A stretch of 63,736 bases of DNA, filler included, from Octopus bimaculoides (taxonomy: Eukaryota): the NCBI RefSeq assembly GCF_001194135.2. It is 7 parts of 6 records of this genome, joined end to end, with 100 filler letters (N's around TTAATTAATTAA, not from the genome) between each part and the next. Parts side by side here need not be neighbours in the genome. Positions count along the whole stretch, not along the records: positions 62,707 to 63,736 come from NC_068996.1; 6 more parts are not named here. One strand, given 5' to 3'. Numbering within the stretch: the first letter of the stretch is position 1; each line of letters starts with the position of its first letter. Of this stretch, positions 62,607 through 63,736 are shown piece after piece. The notes below the pieces were generated by a model. The model searched no databases. It had not been told where the DNA came from and was given only the letters and a program-made list of their open reading frames with translations. Both the position numbers and the translations under genes were made by a program.

Positions 62607-63277
62607 NNNNNNNNNNNNNNNNNNNNNNNNNNNNNNNNNNNNNNNNNNNNTTAATTAATTAANNNNNNNNNNNNNNNNNNNNNNNNNNNNNNNNNNNNNN
62701 NNNNNNATATATATATATATATATATATAGGTATATATATAGGTATATATACACACATACAACGCACGCATATACACACTAACGCATATATAGACGCAGA
62801 CCTGGACGTGTGGTAAGAACTTTGTCTCCCAACCACGTGGTGCCGGGTTTCAGTCCCACTCTTTGTTATAACAAATGCGTTCTATTCTAGTATCGGGGTG
62901 GTAGTCGGAAACTAGAATGAGCATGTCGTATACATATATATATATGTGTGTGAGCGTATGCCTGTGCTTGTGTGTTTGTTTGTGTGCATGGGTGAAGATA
63001 TGTATGTATGTATACATGTGTGAGTGTATATTTTTATACTATAAAAATATAAGAGAAATACATGTATGGATACATTTTTCTGAAGCCCTAAGTCTCATAA
63101 CGCCAGTTTCATGTTACGTCGTTATATACTTCACTGAAACCCACGCATCCCCCTAAACAGGAGCACTTAACCTATTACAGTACCAGATGAGGCTTTGTGT
63201 ATTTAAAGACAAACACTAAGAAAAGTAACTCAAGTGTCGTGACCATTATGCATAATATTCTAAGAAACATGCAGATG

Positions 63278-63445
63278 ATTCTATTCTTTTATTCTGTTAG
63301 TTCTTTCAATCATTGGACTGTGGCAATGCTGGAGTACCATTGCGTTACAGGGACATAAACACTCCAGCATCGGTTGTCTAACGATGGTGGGGACAATAAC
63401 AGACACACAAATACCTACACACAGACACACAAACAAACACACACA

Positions 63446-63501
<56 letters not shown>

Positions 63502-63650
63502 GTCTTCTGTGAGTGGATTCCGTCTACCAGATCCACTCACAAGACTTTAGTCGGACCGAGGATATAGTACAAAATATTTCAACAAGGTAATGCGCAGTGG
63601 AACTGAACCATGTGGTTGGGAAGCAAGCTTCTTACCACATAGCCACTCTT
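63278..63650 (-). mobile_element. SINE family A, diverged but CpG retained
   Basis: TTAGTCGGACCGAGG..TGCGCAGTGGAACTGAACCATGTGGTTGGGAAGCAAGCTTCTTACCAC. Confidence 0.8.
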
Positions 63651-63736
63651 GCGTCTTCAATGCATTTCATAGTGTGTGTATCTAAACATGTATACATATA
63701 CTTGCATTCGGTTTCTATTCGTCGGGCCGAATATAT

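Noticed and set aside
16031-62662. Recurrent TTAATTAATTAA 12-mer as a biological motif
   Set aside because: Always centred in exactly 44N+44N; an assembly linker.
745-63496. Most ORF-track entries (poly-YI, HT, CV, LS, I, L, Y, X-containing)
   Set aside because: Translations of microsatellites or read-through of N gaps; no domain signal.
2704-63650. tRNA genes
   Set aside because: All A/B-box matches are SINE heads followed by family bodies; none folds into a complete cloverleaf.
1-63736. CRISPR arrays or prokaryotic operons
   Set aside because: No regularly spaced repeat-spacer array and no gene-dense region; the sequence is animal-like throughout.

Overview
AT-rich, gap-ridden animal genomic DNA saturated with microsatellites and decayed transposons. 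The SINE/RTE families and the style of the C2H2 zinc-finger gene point to an Octopus draft assembly (inference, no search run). Six 44N-TTAATTAATTAA-44N linkers split the window into seven joined segments. I can support only one intact protein-coding ORF: a 9-finger C2H2 zinc-finger gene (43402-44250, +), with a CpG-rich candidate divergent promoter about 0.7 kb upstream. The rest is layered mobile DNA: RTE and Hero non-LTR elements, several Gypsy remnants, a solo LTR, mariner, Tc1, hAT, Helitrons, foldback MITEs, tRNA-derived SINEs and two Penelope-like (PLE) remnants. Most ORF-track entries are microsatellite or N artefacts. The best leads are (i) short microsatellite-associated elements carrying minimal hammerhead-ribozyme motifs, including a recurrent CUGUUGA core variant and foldback derivatives; (ii) sharp switches in CpG decay of the same SINE family at segment joins; (iii) a possible unannotated minus-strand gene head-to-head with the ZNF gene; (iv) a cryptic TGCA-rich array. 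No prokaryotic-type system, CRISPR array, rRNA or intact tRNA gene was found.
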